A stretch of 64,000 bases of DNA from Candidatus Magasanikiibacteriota bacterium (GCA_016182085.1 JACOYB010000004.1:75976-139975), one strand, 5' to 3'; positions 33,334 to 43,410 are shown, counted from the stretch's first letter. Made by a program: numbers and translations. The notes: a model not told the origin generated them from the letters alone.

Positions 33334-35670
33334 ATGTCGAAGAAAAGAGATCAGCGCGTCTATTTTTTGAGCGAGATCGCGTACGACGCTCACTTCTTCA
33401 ATGCGGATGCCTATGAGAATTTGGTCAGGTTCCTTGAACAGGATCCCGACGATATCATGCTGGTGGTTGATGGCGCCTTAATTCGCCTCGATCGTCCAGA
33501 AATTCTCAACAGCCTCCTGACGTATTGGGAAAAGAGCGAGAAGGAGTGCCGCAAGGCTAGTGACTTAGTGCCTAATTACGAGCAGAGCCAGAGCATGTTG
33601 AAAGTGCAAATGGAAATCTTGGATAAACATCTGGCTAATCTGCGCAAGCGTTTGCCTGAAGCCAAGATTGTGCTGTGTGTTGATAATGACGATACTCAAT
33701 ACACGGTTTCTCGCATACTTTTGGATCTTCTCATTCATCGCCGCGCCCAAATTAATATGGCCATCAAGGAGATGGTCAAGGAAAAGAGGGGCTTGGCTAC
33801 GGAGTATAAAAAACTCCGGAAGGAATACCGAACCAAGAAGTTCGTTTCTGGAAAGCGCAAGGCAAAGCGCCGGACGATCAAGAAACAACGCCGCGCCCTC
33901 AAGAAAATGGAAGCAGAGATCGTGGCGAGCAAGCAAGAGCTGACTTTGTATCGGGCGCAGAAGATTCGTCCGACGCATCAATTCGTAACGGCTACGTTTG
34001 TAAAGCACCTGATGCAAATGTACAAGGATATTTGCATCAAGCATGAGGTTGAGTTCATGGATCGGCCGCAGGTTCTGCGGTTTGGTAAATCGGAAAGTGA
34101 TCTGACGGTGAAGTATGCGCATAGCGGCCATAAGACTTGGATGCCGGTGCTTCATCGAGATCATTCCTTGGTTCGTTCGGTGCTGGCTAACCAGAACAAG
34201 TACAATAATCTGATTAAGCAGGTGGCTAGCGAAGCTGAGGCGCAGCAGTTCAATGTTTGTGTTGAGAGCGGGCACCATGGAATTGGCTTTGCTACCCTGC
34301 AGAAAATCAAGGACCATCTTCAGGAGACCAACTTTAAGGGGAATTCTGCCTACGATCCAGTGATTGCCGGCTTGAAAGATTACGTGAAAATCTGTTTGGC
34401 AATTCCCTTTGAAGACCAAGAGCTTATTGTGCGGTTTTTGGAGAACCAAGAGCCGGTTCGCATGAGCCTGGGTAAGCCGGGCGGTACAAGGAGTCACGAA
34501 GTCTTCCGTCGTCTCCACAACGGAAGTGTTTCTGGTTTGTTCATGCTTACTAAGAGTGCCAGTGATGGTCTCCTTTGGACTCGATACATCCAGTATCAGG
34601 ACTTTAAGGATGGATCGGTTCTCAATCAGCCAAGTCGCTACTTTGCCGCGTGGGTTACTTCCGATGAGCACTTGGGTTCTCCGGAAGAAAATCCCATGGT
34701 GCGAGATGGTCTGTTCGCCCTCTGTAAGGCGCATGCCGATAATCCATTTAACTTCTACGGTCGGCCAACTGAGCTCGCGTCGTTTATCAGCGGCGGCGAT
34801 ACTTCGGAAGCAACGCTCATCAGGTGGGATCGTCGGTACGATGATCGGCGTGACCCGCAAGAGCTTCTGCAAGAAAATATTGGCAAGTTGGCTAACTTGG
34901 ATCAGGAAAATAGGGAAGAAATTCTTGAGTTAGCCGCCAAAATGGTGAGCGATACAATGAGCGGCTACCCGGGCAGTATGCGAGTGATGTTGGAAAGAGT
35001 GGCCAGGTACTATCAGCAGTTCCTGGATATTACTCTGTCGGTGAGCAAGTCCAAGTGGGCACATCTCTCTGTTCCCGGAAATCACGCAGACGGCGTGTTG
35101 CGTCAAACTGGTTTGCGGGAAACGGATTTTTTTGCGAGAGATGTTAAAGCCCAAGGGGTTGGAGTGTACGAAGTCGGAGTGTCTGATCACTATAGGGCTG
35201 ATTCAATGCAAGGGGCGCGTGTTGGTTTGGGTGGGTATGGTGATGCTCGTATTATCCATATTGAGGATTACGGGCATGGTGTAGATGGCGAGGCATTGTT
35301 CGGTCCAATCAGCTTGTTGATTCAGCATGATCCTGAAGGGCCCGGTACAAGCGGACTGGTTGGCGCAGCGGAAAAAGTAGGCGCAGATGTGGCGCTGGCT
35401 GGCCATGTTCATGAGAATTGGGTAAAGCTGTTCCGGATTGGACTCAACCAATTCAGGGTGGCCTACCGACTCTCTACCGTTCAGGGTGTAACCATGACGG
35501 AAAAGAAGTATGCCAGCTCACCGCCGCGAACGCAGGCTGCACACTGTATTATCATGCCTAAGCCGGGTGATTTTGCAGAAAAAGCTCTGCCAGCTGCGTA
35601 CCTGCGGGAAGTGGGTGTACGGTACAACCTGCAGAAGGTTGAAGAAGAAATTGCCAAGAAAGATACGTAA
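33334..35670 (+). CDS. large metallophosphoesterase-motif protein with KR-rich coiled-coil insert (GC-rich island gene)
   Basis: 778 aa from the ATG with AGGAAG SD (the ORF track starts at an upstream TTG). Calcineurin-like motifs LVVDGALIRLD, GNHADG and AGHVHENW, separated by a long K/R-rich coiled coil (KEKRGLATEYKKLRKEYRTKKFVSGKRKAKRRTIKKQRRALKKMEAEIV). GC content well above the local background. Confidence 0.55.
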   Translation: MSKKRDQRVYFLSEIAYDAHFFNADAYENLVRFLEQDPDDIMLVVDGALIRLDRPEILNSLLTYWEKSEKECRKASDLVPNYEQSQSMLKVQMEILDKHLANLRKRLPEAKIVLCVDNDDTQYTVSRILLDLLIHRRAQINMAIKEMVKEKRGLATEYKKLRKEYRTKKFVSGKRKAKRRTIKKQRRALKKMEAEIVASKQELTLYRAQKIRPTHQFVTATFVKHLMQMYKDICIKHEVEFMDRPQVLRFGKSESDLTVKYAHSGHKTWMPVLHRDHSLVRSVLANQNKYNNLIKQVASEAEAQQFNVCVESGHHGIGFATLQKIKDHLQETNFKGNSAYDPVIAGLKDYVKICLAIPFEDQELIVRFLENQEPVRMSLGKPGGTRSHEVFRRLHNGSVSGLFMLTKSASDGLLWTRYIQYQDFKDGSVLNQPSRYFAAWVTSDEHLGSPEENPMVRDGLFALCKAHADNPFNFYGRPTELASFISGGDTSEATLIRWDRRYDDRRDPQELLQENIGKLANLDQENREEILELAAKMVSDTMSGYPGSMRVMLERVARYYQQFLDITLSVSKSKWAHLSVPGNHADGVLRQTGLRETDFFARDVKAQGVGVYEVGVSDHYRADSMQGARVGLGGYGDARIIHIEDYGHGVDGEALFGPISLLIQHDPEGPGTSGLVGAAEKVGADVALAGHVHENWVKLFRIGLNQFRVAYRLSTVQGVTMTEKKYASSPPRTQAAHCIIMPKPGDFAEKALPAAYLREVGVRYNLQKVEEEIAKKDT

Positions 35671-35690
35671 GCAAATTTTAAAAAGTCGTT

Positions 35691-35720
35691 GGGCGTCCGA
35701 AATGTCGGCGCCCTTTTTGC
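35691..35720 (+). terminator. rho-independent terminator
   Basis: gggcgtccgaaatgtcggcgccc followed by ttttt. Confidence 0.6.
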
Positions 35721-35733
35721 TGCTAAATATTTT

Positions 35734-36984
35734 TTAAATCCATTTATTTTTTAATTCCATAAATTTATTTTCCTGTATCGCGGTTCTGGCTTGGCGCATC
35801 AAGTCAAGCATGAAAAATAAATTGTGAATGCTAGACAAGCGCATAGCCGAAATTTCTCCGGCATTAAACAGATGGTGCAAATAGGCGCGTGAATAATGTT
35901 GACAGGTATGACAACCGCAATTGGGGTCTACGGGGCCGCTGTCTGTTGCGTATTTTTTATTGGTAATATTTATTCTCAACTTTTGTTCTTCAGTTGGACC
36001 GACAAATAGCATGCCGTGGCGGGCTAGTCTGGTTGGAGCCACGCAATCAAACATATCCACGCCATGTTCTATGGCAATGAGCAGATCGGTAGGTGACAAG
36101 CCAATGCCCATGGCATAGTGCGGTTTATTTTCCGGAATGAGCGGAAATACCCAATCCAAAATATCTTTGGTCGCCTCCATATTGTAGCCAACCGATTCGC
36201 CGCCAATCGCAATGCCATCAAAATCCAAAGATGAAATATATTTGGCAGATTCCTGGCGCAAGTTTTTGTATACAGATCCTTGAATAATGCCAAATAAAAA
36301 TTGTTTGTAGTCGCGAGTATTTTGCGCGGATAATTTTTGGTGTTCATCTAACGATCGTTTGGCCCAACGATGTGTGCGTTCCATGGCTTCGCGCGCGTAT
36401 TTTTCTTCTACGCTATCTGGCGTGCATTCATCAAAAGCCATAATAATATCCGCGCCGATTTTATGCTGCGTTTCAACGGCTATTTCGGGAGTAAAACGGT
36501 GTGAGCTGCCATCTATATGAGATTTAAAAGTAACGCCTTCTTCATCTATAGAAACAAGCTGTGCGTTGTCATTCCGACCGGAGTCCGTAGACAGAGTGGA
36601 GGAATCCCTCTCGTCTGGTTTAAGGGATCCCTCGACTGCGCTCGGGATGACAGTTGTTGGCCTTGATCTTTTTTGTTTCCCTAAACTAAACACCTGGAAT
36701 CCGCCACTGTCGGTAAGAATTGGCTTGTTCCAGTTCATGAATTTATGCAGCCCGCCAAATTCGTTAATTAAATCTTCGCCCGGACGCAAATGTAAATGAT
36801 AGGTGTTGCCCAAAATAATTTGGGCGGGCAAGTTTTGCAGATCGGTTTGATCTAACGTTTTAACGGTAGCTTGAGTTCCTACCGGCATGAAAATAGGTGT
36901 CAAAATATCGCCATGATCAGTATGGATTACGCCGGTTCTAGCCCGGGAATTTTCGTCTTTATGCTGTAGTTCAAAAAATGGCAT
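35734..36984 (-). CDS. tgt: queuine tRNA-ribosyltransferase carrying an in-frame repeat-element insertion
   Basis: MPFFELQHKDENSRARTGVIHTDHGDILTPIFMPVGTQATVK, TDSGGFQVFSLG and the zinc motif CGCHTCQHYSRAYLHHL. Start set at MPFFEL. The ORF-track N-terminal extension is unsupported. Contains about 30 extra residues encoded by repeat A4. Confidence 0.88.
   Translation of the reverse strand: MPFFELQHKDENSRARTGVIHTDHGDILTPIFMPVGTQATVKTLDQTDLQNLPAQIILGNTYHLHLRPGEDLINEFGGLHKFMNWNKPILTDSGGFQVFSLGKQKRSRPTTVIPSAVEGSLKPDERDSSTLSTDSGRNDNAQLVSIDEEGVTFKSHIDGSSHRFTPEIAVETQHKIGADIIMAFDECTPDSVEEKYAREAMERTHRWAKRSLDEHQKLSAQNTRDYKQFLFGIIQGSVYKNLRQESAKYISSLDFDGIAIGGESVGYNMEATKDILDWVFPLIPENKPHYAMGIGLSPTDLLIAIEHGVDMFDCVAPTRLARHGMLFVGPTEEQKLRINITNKKYATDSGPVDPNCGCHTCQHYSRAYLHHLFNAGEISAMRLSSIHNLFFMLDLMRQARTAIQENKFMELKNKWI
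36567..36652. repeat. palindromic repeat element, copy A4, inside the tgt coding sequence (in frame)
   Basis: tgtcattccgaccggagtccgtagacagagtggaggaatccctctcgtctggtttaagggatccctcgactgcgctcgggatgaca. Its reverse complement translates as RPTTVIPSAVEGSLKPDERDSSTLSTDSGRNDN between conserved Tgt blocks. Confidence 0.8.
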
Positions 36985-37036
36985 GACCCCATAGTAAAAG
37001 ATTTTGTACAAATAATCAAGATATGGTAGTATGTGA

Positions 37037-38104
37037 TTGTTTATGATGAAAGCAAAGTTGATCCTAAAAGATGGTTCGGTGTTTGAGGGTTTTTCTTTTG
37101 GTTCAGAGACTGGCACCAGTGGTGAAGTGGTATTTAATACAGGCATGGTAGGGTATCCCGAAACCATGACCGATCCTTCATACCGCGGACAAATTTTAGT
37201 AATGACCTATCCGCTCGTTGGAAATTATGGCGTGCCATCTGCAACAAATGCAGATGATTTTTTTAAATACTTCGAATCGGGCGCTATCCAAATCACGGCT
37301 TTGATTGTGAGTGAACAGTGTAAAGATTTTTCTCACTTCAGCGCAACAAAATCTTTGTCGGACTGGATGAAAGAAAACAATGTGCCCGGCATATATGGCA
37401 TTGATACGCGCGCCTTAACAAAAAAATTACGCGCCAGCGGCACCATGCTCGGCAAAATTATAGTTGATGAAACAAGCAATATAGAATTTGATGACCCTAA
37501 CACTCGTAATTTGGCAGCCGAAGTAAGTGTTAAAGAACCAATAAAATATGGCAGCGGGGAAAAGACGGTGATTGTGGTGGACTGCGGCGTGAAAAATAAT
37601 ATTATTCGTTCGTTTGTAAACAGAGGCGTGTCGGTTTTACGAGTTCCTTGGAATTATAATTTCTCGGATACGGCTGCTGATGGCATTTTAATTTCCAACG
37701 GGCCGGGTGATCCAAAAATGTGTACAGACACGATTGCAAATGTTAGGGCCGCGCTTGCGGACAGCCGGCCAATTTTGGGGATTTGTTTAGGCTCGCAAAT
37801 TTTAGCGCTGGCCGCCGGAGCTGATACCTATAAATTAAAATACGGACATCGCGGACAAAATCAGCCATGCGTGGAAATGGGCACGAAAAAATGTTTTATC
37901 ACTTCACAAAATCACGGCTTTGCCGTGGACACAAAAACGCTGCCCGAAGATTGGCGCGAGTGGTTTGCAAATGATAACGACGATACCAATGAAGGTATTA
38001 TTCATATTTCCAAGCCGTTTTTTGGCGCGCAATTTCACCCCGAAGGCGCGCCGGGCCCCGATGACAGTGAATTTATTTTTGATATGTTTATCAGGTCGCT
38101 TTAA
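37037..38104 (+). CDS. carA: carbamoyl-phosphate synthase small (glutaminase) subunit
   Basis: GEVVFNTGMVGYPE, the GICLGSQ catalytic Cys and HGFAV/QFHPE motifs. Confidence 0.9.
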   Translation: MFMMKAKLILKDGSVFEGFSFGSETGTSGEVVFNTGMVGYPETMTDPSYRGQILVMTYPLVGNYGVPSATNADDFFKYFESGAIQITALIVSEQCKDFSHFSATKSLSDWMKENNVPGIYGIDTRALTKKLRASGTMLGKIIVDETSNIEFDDPNTRNLAAEVSVKEPIKYGSGEKTVIVVDCGVKNNIIRSFVNRGVSVLRVPWNYNFSDTAADGILISNGPGDPKMCTDTIANVRAALADSRPILGICLGSQILALAAGADTYKLKYGHRGQNQPCVEMGTKKCFITSQNHGFAVDTKTLPEDWREWFANDNDDTNEGIIHISKPFFGAQFHPEGAPGPDDSEFIFDMFIRSL

Positions 38105-38119
38105 TAAAGGCTATTTGTT

Positions 38120-41100
38120 ATGATCAGAAGCATTAAACCGAAAACAATTTTGATCCTTGGTTCCGGCGCTTTGCAAATCGGACAAGCCGGTGAGTTTGAT
38201 TATTCCGGCAGCCAGGCGATAAAGGCGTTAAAAGAAGATGGAATTTTTACGGTGCTTATAAATCCCAATATTGCCACCATCCAAACCTCGGAGCATTTGG
38301 CGGATAAAGTATATTTCTTACCGGTGAATGTTTCTTTTGTGGAACAAATAATTATCAAAGAAAAACCCGATGGTATTTTACTTGGTTTTGGCGGGCAGAC
38401 CGCTTTAAATGTTGGAGTGCAATTGTATGAACAAGGAATTTTAGAGAAATATAACGTAAAAGTGTTGGGTACATCGGTAGAAACCATTAAAGATACCGAA
38501 GATAGACAGCTCTTTGCCGATAAAGTTACGGAAGTTGGGTTAAAAGTGGCTAGAAGCATTACAGCTGCTACTACTGACGAAGCCTTACAAGCTGCCGAAA
38601 AAATCGGTTATCCGGTCATGTGCCGCGTAGCGTACGCGCTTGGCGGCTTGGGTTCGGGAATCGTGCAAAACAAAGAAGAGTTAAAAGAAAAAACCGATAG
38701 AGCCTTTGCGTTTACAAATCAAGTGTTAATAGAGGAATGTTTGTATGGCTGGAAAGAAGTAGAATACGAAATTGTGCGCGATGCCTACGATAATTGCATT
38801 ACCACGTGTTCCATGGAAAATTTTGATCCGATGGGTATTCATACGGGCGACAGTATTGTGGTGGCACCAGTGCAGACTTTAACTGCTAAAGAGCATTTTA
38901 ATTTGCGGGCAATCGGACTTAAACTTATCAGACATTTGGGAGTTGTGGGAGAGTGCAATATTCAATACGCGCTCGACCCGCGTTCGGGAGATTACCGGAT
39001 TATAGAAGTAAACGCGCGGCTTAGCCGTAGTTCGGCGCTGGCTTCCAAGGCTACCGGCTATCCGCTCGCGTTTGTGGCAACCAAACTTGCGCTGGGTTAT
39101 AGCTTAAATGAAGTAGAAAATATTATTACCAAAGAAACTTCCGCCTGTTTTGAACCGGCGCTTGATTATATTACCCTCAAATTTCCACGCTGGGATCTGC
39201 AAAAATTTGAGCAGGTAAATAAAGTGCTGGGTACGGAAATGAAATCCGTAGGCGAAGTGATGGCCATTGGCCGCAGTTTTGAAGAAGTATTGCAAAAGGC
39301 CGTGCGCATGTTGGATATTGGAATGAGCGGACTCGTAGAAGACAGCTTGCAATTTTTGGATTTAGATAAGGAAATTAGCCAGCCAACGGATAAAAGAATT
39401 TTTGCAATTGCCCGGGCTTTAAAACAGGGGTATACGGTAGATAGAATTCACGAACTCTCCAAAATTGACCGTTGGTTTTTGCATAAACTAAAAAATATTG
39501 TTGATCTGGACAATAGTTTAAAAAACTTTACTCTGGAAACTTTGCCGCTGGACGTGCTAAAAACCGTCAAACAAGCGGGATTTTCCGATAAACAGATAGC
39601 CGAAGTGATTGGCTGCGCCAGTGAACAAGTGCGCGCAAAGCGAAAAGAGCTTGGCGTATTGCCGGTGGTGAAACAGATTGATACGTTGGCGGCTGAATAC
39701 CCGGCAAAAACTAACTATTTATATCTTACGTATCATGGACAGGAAAATGACGTGATGCCGTCTACAGAAAAACAGGTCATAGTGCTCGGCAGCGGACCAT
39801 ATCGTATCGGCTCTTCGGTAGAATTTGATTGGTGCGGCGTTAATTCGCTTATGACGCTGCAAAAATGCGGATATAAAACGATCATGATAAATTGTAATCC
39901 GGAAACTGTAAGTACGGACTACGATGTTTCGGATCAATTATATTTTGAAGAATTAAGCCTGGAAAAGATTTTAGATATTTACGAATGGCAGAAGCCAATA
40001 GGGGTGGTGGTTTCTATGGGCGGGCAGGTGCCAAATAATCTGGCTTTAAAACTGCATAAGGCCGGCGTAAATATTTTGGGCACGTCACCGATGCAAATAG
40101 ATAATGCGGAAAGCCGGCAGAAATTTTCTCAAATTTTAGATGGTTTAGGCATAGATCAGCCCGAATGGAAGGAACTTACCGATTTAGCTTCGGCCAAAGA
40201 ATTTGCCGAGCGGGTAGGGTATCCGGTGCTTGTGCGCCCCAGCTATGTGCTCTCTGGCGCGGCTATGAGCATATCCTATAGCAAAGATGATTTGGAATTA
40301 TTTCTCAAAAAAGCCGTTGATATAAACAAAGAACATTCGGTGGTAATTAGCAAGTTTATTACTAAAGCCAGGGAAATAGAGCTGGACGGCGTGGCAAATA
40401 ATGGCGAACTGTTTTGTTATGCCATTTCCGAACATTTGGAAAATGCCGGGGTGCATTCCGGCGATGCTACGCTCGTGTTTCCGCCGCAAAAAACCTATTT
40501 GGAAACCACCAGAAGAATAAAGAAGATCGCTAAAGAAGTAGCTAAAGCCCTAGAAATTACCGGCCCGTTTAATATGCAGCTGATTGCCAAGGATAATGAT
40601 ATTAAAGTAATTGAATGTAATTTGCGCGCCTCCCGCAGTTTTCCATTTGTGTCAAAAGTGTTGAAAATAAATTTTGTAGATATTGCCACACGACTCATGA
40701 TGGGCCAGTCCGTGCCAAAATTAAGCCGTTCGTCTTTTGATTTAGACTATGTGGGAGTGAAAGCTTCGCAATTTTCTTTTACCAGGCTGAAGGGTTCAGA
40801 TCCGGTAACGCGGGTGGAAATGAGTTCTACCGGTGAAGTAGCTTGTTTGGGCGATAATTTAAACGAAGCATTTTTAAAGAGTATAATTTCCACCGGTTTT
40901 AACGTGGAACCAAAATCGGTGTTATTGTCCATTGGCTCGGCTGATAAAAAACTGGCATTTTTGGAAGAAGCGCGCGCCTTGCAAGATATGGGTATAAAGA
41001 TTTATGCTACTAAGGGCACCGGAACTTTTTTACAGAAAAATAATATTCAAACTGAAATTTTGGAGTGGGCGGAGAGCAGCCAGCCTAGCGTGATGTCTTA

Positions 41101-41311
41101 TTTATCTGACAAGATGATTGATTTAGTCGTAGCTATTCCAAATAATACGGAGAAGGTTGGTATCAGTAACGGCTATTTGGCCAGAAGAAAAGCCATAGAT
41201 CAAAATATTTCTTTGATCACCAATTTAGAATTCGCGCGCCGGTATGTAAAAGCTATTAGTAAATTTAAAATGAGTGATTTGAAAATAAAAAGTTGGGATG
41301 AATATGTGTAG
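38120..41311 (+). CDS. carB: carbamoyl-phosphate synthase large subunit
   Basis: 1063 aa. Duplicated ATP-grasp halves (ILILGSGALQIGQAGEFDYSGSQA ... VIVLGSGPYRIGSSVEFDWCG) and the MGS-like C-terminus. Confidence 0.95.
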   Translation: MIRSIKPKTILILGSGALQIGQAGEFDYSGSQAIKALKEDGIFTVLINPNIATIQTSEHLADKVYFLPVNVSFVEQIIIKEKPDGILLGFGGQTALNVGVQLYEQGILEKYNVKVLGTSVETIKDTEDRQLFADKVTEVGLKVARSITAATTDEALQAAEKIGYPVMCRVAYALGGLGSGIVQNKEELKEKTDRAFAFTNQVLIEECLYGWKEVEYEIVRDAYDNCITTCSMENFDPMGIHTGDSIVVAPVQTLTAKEHFNLRAIGLKLIRHLGVVGECNIQYALDPRSGDYRIIEVNARLSRSSALASKATGYPLAFVATKLALGYSLNEVENIITKETSACFEPALDYITLKFPRWDLQKFEQVNKVLGTEMKSVGEVMAIGRSFEEVLQKAVRMLDIGMSGLVEDSLQFLDLDKEISQPTDKRIFAIARALKQGYTVDRIHELSKIDRWFLHKLKNIVDLDNSLKNFTLETLPLDVLKTVKQAGFSDKQIAEVIGCASEQVRAKRKELGVLPVVKQIDTLAAEYPAKTNYLYLTYHGQENDVMPSTEKQVIVLGSGPYRIGSSVEFDWCGVNSLMTLQKCGYKTIMINCNPETVSTDYDVSDQLYFEELSLEKILDIYEWQKPIGVVVSMGGQVPNNLALKLHKAGVNILGTSPMQIDNAESRQKFSQILDGLGIDQPEWKELTDLASAKEFAERVGYPVLVRPSYVLSGAAMSISYSKDDLELFLKKAVDINKEHSVVISKFITKAREIELDGVANNGELFCYAISEHLENAGVHSGDATLVFPPQKTYLETTRRIKKIAKEVAKALEITGPFNMQLIAKDNDIKVIECNLRASRSFPFVSKVLKINFVDIATRLMMGQSVPKLSRSSFDLDYVGVKASQFSFTRLKGSDPVTRVEMSSTGEVACLGDNLNEAFLKSIISTGFNVEPKSVLLSIGSADKKLAFLEEARALQDMGIKIYATKGTGTFLQKNNIQTEILEWAESSQPSVMSYLSDKMIDLVVAIPNNTEKVGISNGYLARRKAIDQNISLITNLEFARRYVKAISKFKMSDLKIKSWDEYV

Positions 41312-41323
41312 TGTATAATTTGT

Positions 41324-43348
41324 ATGATTGATTTTGCCAAAGAATTAAACCCAGAACAATTGGAAGCAGTGTTGCACGGCGATGGGCCGTGTTTAGTTTT
41401 GGCTGGCGCGGGAAGCGGTAAAACTAGAGTAATTACGTATCGTGTAGCCTATCTGTTGGAACAGGGTATAGGCCCAGAAAATATATTATTGGTAACGTTT
41501 ACCAATAAAGCCGCAGATGAGATGGTTCGCCGCATGCAACAGCTGACCGGTTCGGAAAGCCGTTTGCCTTGGGCCGGCACATTTCATCATATTGCGTATA
41601 GAATTTTAAAAATTTACGCGCCGGTTTTGGGGTATAAAAGTAATTTTACGATTTTGGATAGCGATGACAGTGAGACAATTTTAAAATTATGCGCCAAGCC
41701 GTTTAAAGATACAGGCAGAGCCAAGTTTCCTTCGGCGCGAGTATTGCAAAATATAATCAGTTTTGCTCGTAATTCGGAAACGACCATCGCCGATGTGTTG
41801 GATTTAAAATTTCCACAGTGGATGATTTTTGCTGATGAAATTAAAAGCGTGGCGCATGAGTATGAATTGAAAAAGAAAGAGGCAAATGCCATGGATTTTG
41901 ATGATTTGCTGGTAAATTTTTTGGCGCTCTTAAACAATGAATCGGTATTAAAAAAGTACGCTGAGCAATTTATATATATTTTGGTTGATGAATACCAGGA
42001 CACCAACAAAATCCAATCTTCTATTATAAAAAAATTAGCCATCGTGCATGGTAATTTGCTGGTGGTAGGCGATGACGCGCAAAGCATTTATTCTTTCCGC
42101 GCCGCCGATATTGCTAATATTTTACAATTTGAAAAGCAATACCCTAATGCTAAAGTTTTTAAATTAGAAACCAATTACCGTTCCAGCCAGGAAATTCTAC
42201 AGGTCGCCAATGATGTAATTGTAAATAATGTAAAACAATATAAAAAAGAACTCAAAACCATATCAAAAGGCGGACAAAAACCAAGTTTGCATCCGCAGAT
42301 GGATCAAGGCAGCGAAGCGGAATTTGTCGTAAGTAAAATTTTGGAACTGATAGATAAAGGCGTACCGCCAAATGATATTGCGGTACTCTTTCGTGCCAGC
42401 CACCATTCACAGCTGCTGGAAATGGAGCTGGTAAAAGCGGGGATTGCGTATGATTATCGTGGCGGCCTAAGATTTTTTGAACGCGCGCACGTAAAAGATG
42501 TGTTGGCCTATTTGCGAATTTTAAATAACATAACAGACACGGCCGCTTGGATGCGAGTGCTGATGCACGAAGAAGGGATTGGGGCAGTAGCCGCCAGTAA
42601 AATTGTGGAAGCATTAAAAAAAGCGACCAATATAGAAGATATTAAAATAATCGGCCAAGAAGTGTTAGGGCAGAAAGCCAAAAACGGCTGGAATAATTTT
42701 GTGCGCATTTGGGAAAGTATGTTAAGTAACAGTCGCACCGACACCGCGGGACTTATCGCCTCAATTATAGATTCACCGTATAAAGAGTACGTGCAGACTG
42801 AATATATAGACAGTAAGGATCGGTTGGAAGATATTGCGCAGCTGCAAATGTTTGCCCAAAAGTACAATGAGCTGGAACAGTTTTTGGCTGAAGCCACTTT
42901 GCAGGAAGGGTTTAATCGCGGCACGGCAAATCAAAATAAAGATCAGTCAGGGCCAAAAGTTGTACTCTCAACCATTCATCAGGCCAAAGGTTTGGAATGG
43001 TCGGCAGTATTTATTATCAACTTAGCTTCCGGCGCTTTTCCGAGCGACAGAGCGCTTCAAGAAGAAAACGGTTTGGAAGAAGAGCGCAGGTTGTTTTATG
43101 TGGCCATTACCCGCGCGAAAAAGCATCTGCATCTTTCGTATCCAATGGCCGGCGGCTGGGGCGATTCAATGGCCGGCCCAAGTTTGTTTTTAGGTGAAAT
43201 CAGTTCGGATCTTATAGAAGATCATTCGCTTTTATCTTCAAACGGACTAGTTTTAGATGATGAAGATGCGGGTGTGCATTATGAAAGTGAAGACAGGCCG
43301 CTTAAAATAAAACCAGGAAGTTTTTTGCGTAGTTTGGATGATTTATAA
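41324..43348 (+). CDS. uvrD: UvrD/PcrA-family ATP-dependent DNA helicase
   Basis: LNPEQLEAVLHGDGPCLVLAGAGSGKTRVITYRVAYL, VDEYQDTN, LETNYRSSQEIL and the C-terminal VAITRAK. Confidence 0.88.
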   Translation: MIDFAKELNPEQLEAVLHGDGPCLVLAGAGSGKTRVITYRVAYLLEQGIGPENILLVTFTNKAADEMVRRMQQLTGSESRLPWAGTFHHIAYRILKIYAPVLGYKSNFTILDSDDSETILKLCAKPFKDTGRAKFPSARVLQNIISFARNSETTIADVLDLKFPQWMIFADEIKSVAHEYELKKKEANAMDFDDLLVNFLALLNNESVLKKYAEQFIYILVDEYQDTNKIQSSIIKKLAIVHGNLLVVGDDAQSIYSFRAADIANILQFEKQYPNAKVFKLETNYRSSQEILQVANDVIVNNVKQYKKELKTISKGGQKPSLHPQMDQGSEAEFVVSKILELIDKGVPPNDIAVLFRASHHSQLLEMELVKAGIAYDYRGGLRFFERAHVKDVLAYLRILNNITDTAAWMRVLMHEEGIGAVAASKIVEALKKATNIEDIKIIGQEVLGQKAKNGWNNFVRIWESMLSNSRTDTAGLIASIIDSPYKEYVQTEYIDSKDRLEDIAQLQMFAQKYNELEQFLAEATLQEGFNRGTANQNKDQSGPKVVLSTIHQAKGLEWSAVFIINLASGAFPSDRALQEENGLEEERRLFYVAITRAKKHLHLSYPMAGGWGDSMAGPSLFLGEISSDLIEDHSLLSSNGLVLDDEDAGVHYESEDRPLKIKPGSFLRSLDDL

Positions 43349-43382
43349 GTAGAATTTGTAATTTTTTACTAAAAAATATCAT

Positions 43383-43410
43383 TGACTTTTTGGCTAATTT
43401 GTGGTATAAT
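43383..43410 (+). promoter_or_regulatory. sigma70 consensus promoter (TTGACT-16-TATAAT)
   Basis: ttgacttttggctaatttgtggtataat, 40 nt upstream of the 43448 ORF. Confidence 0.55.

Noticed and set aside
33565-34872. 435-aa minus-strand ORF inside the metallophosphoesterase-like gene
   Set aside because: Antisense shadow ORF in a GC-rich gene. No start context. The sense-strand protein carries recognisable catalytic motifs.
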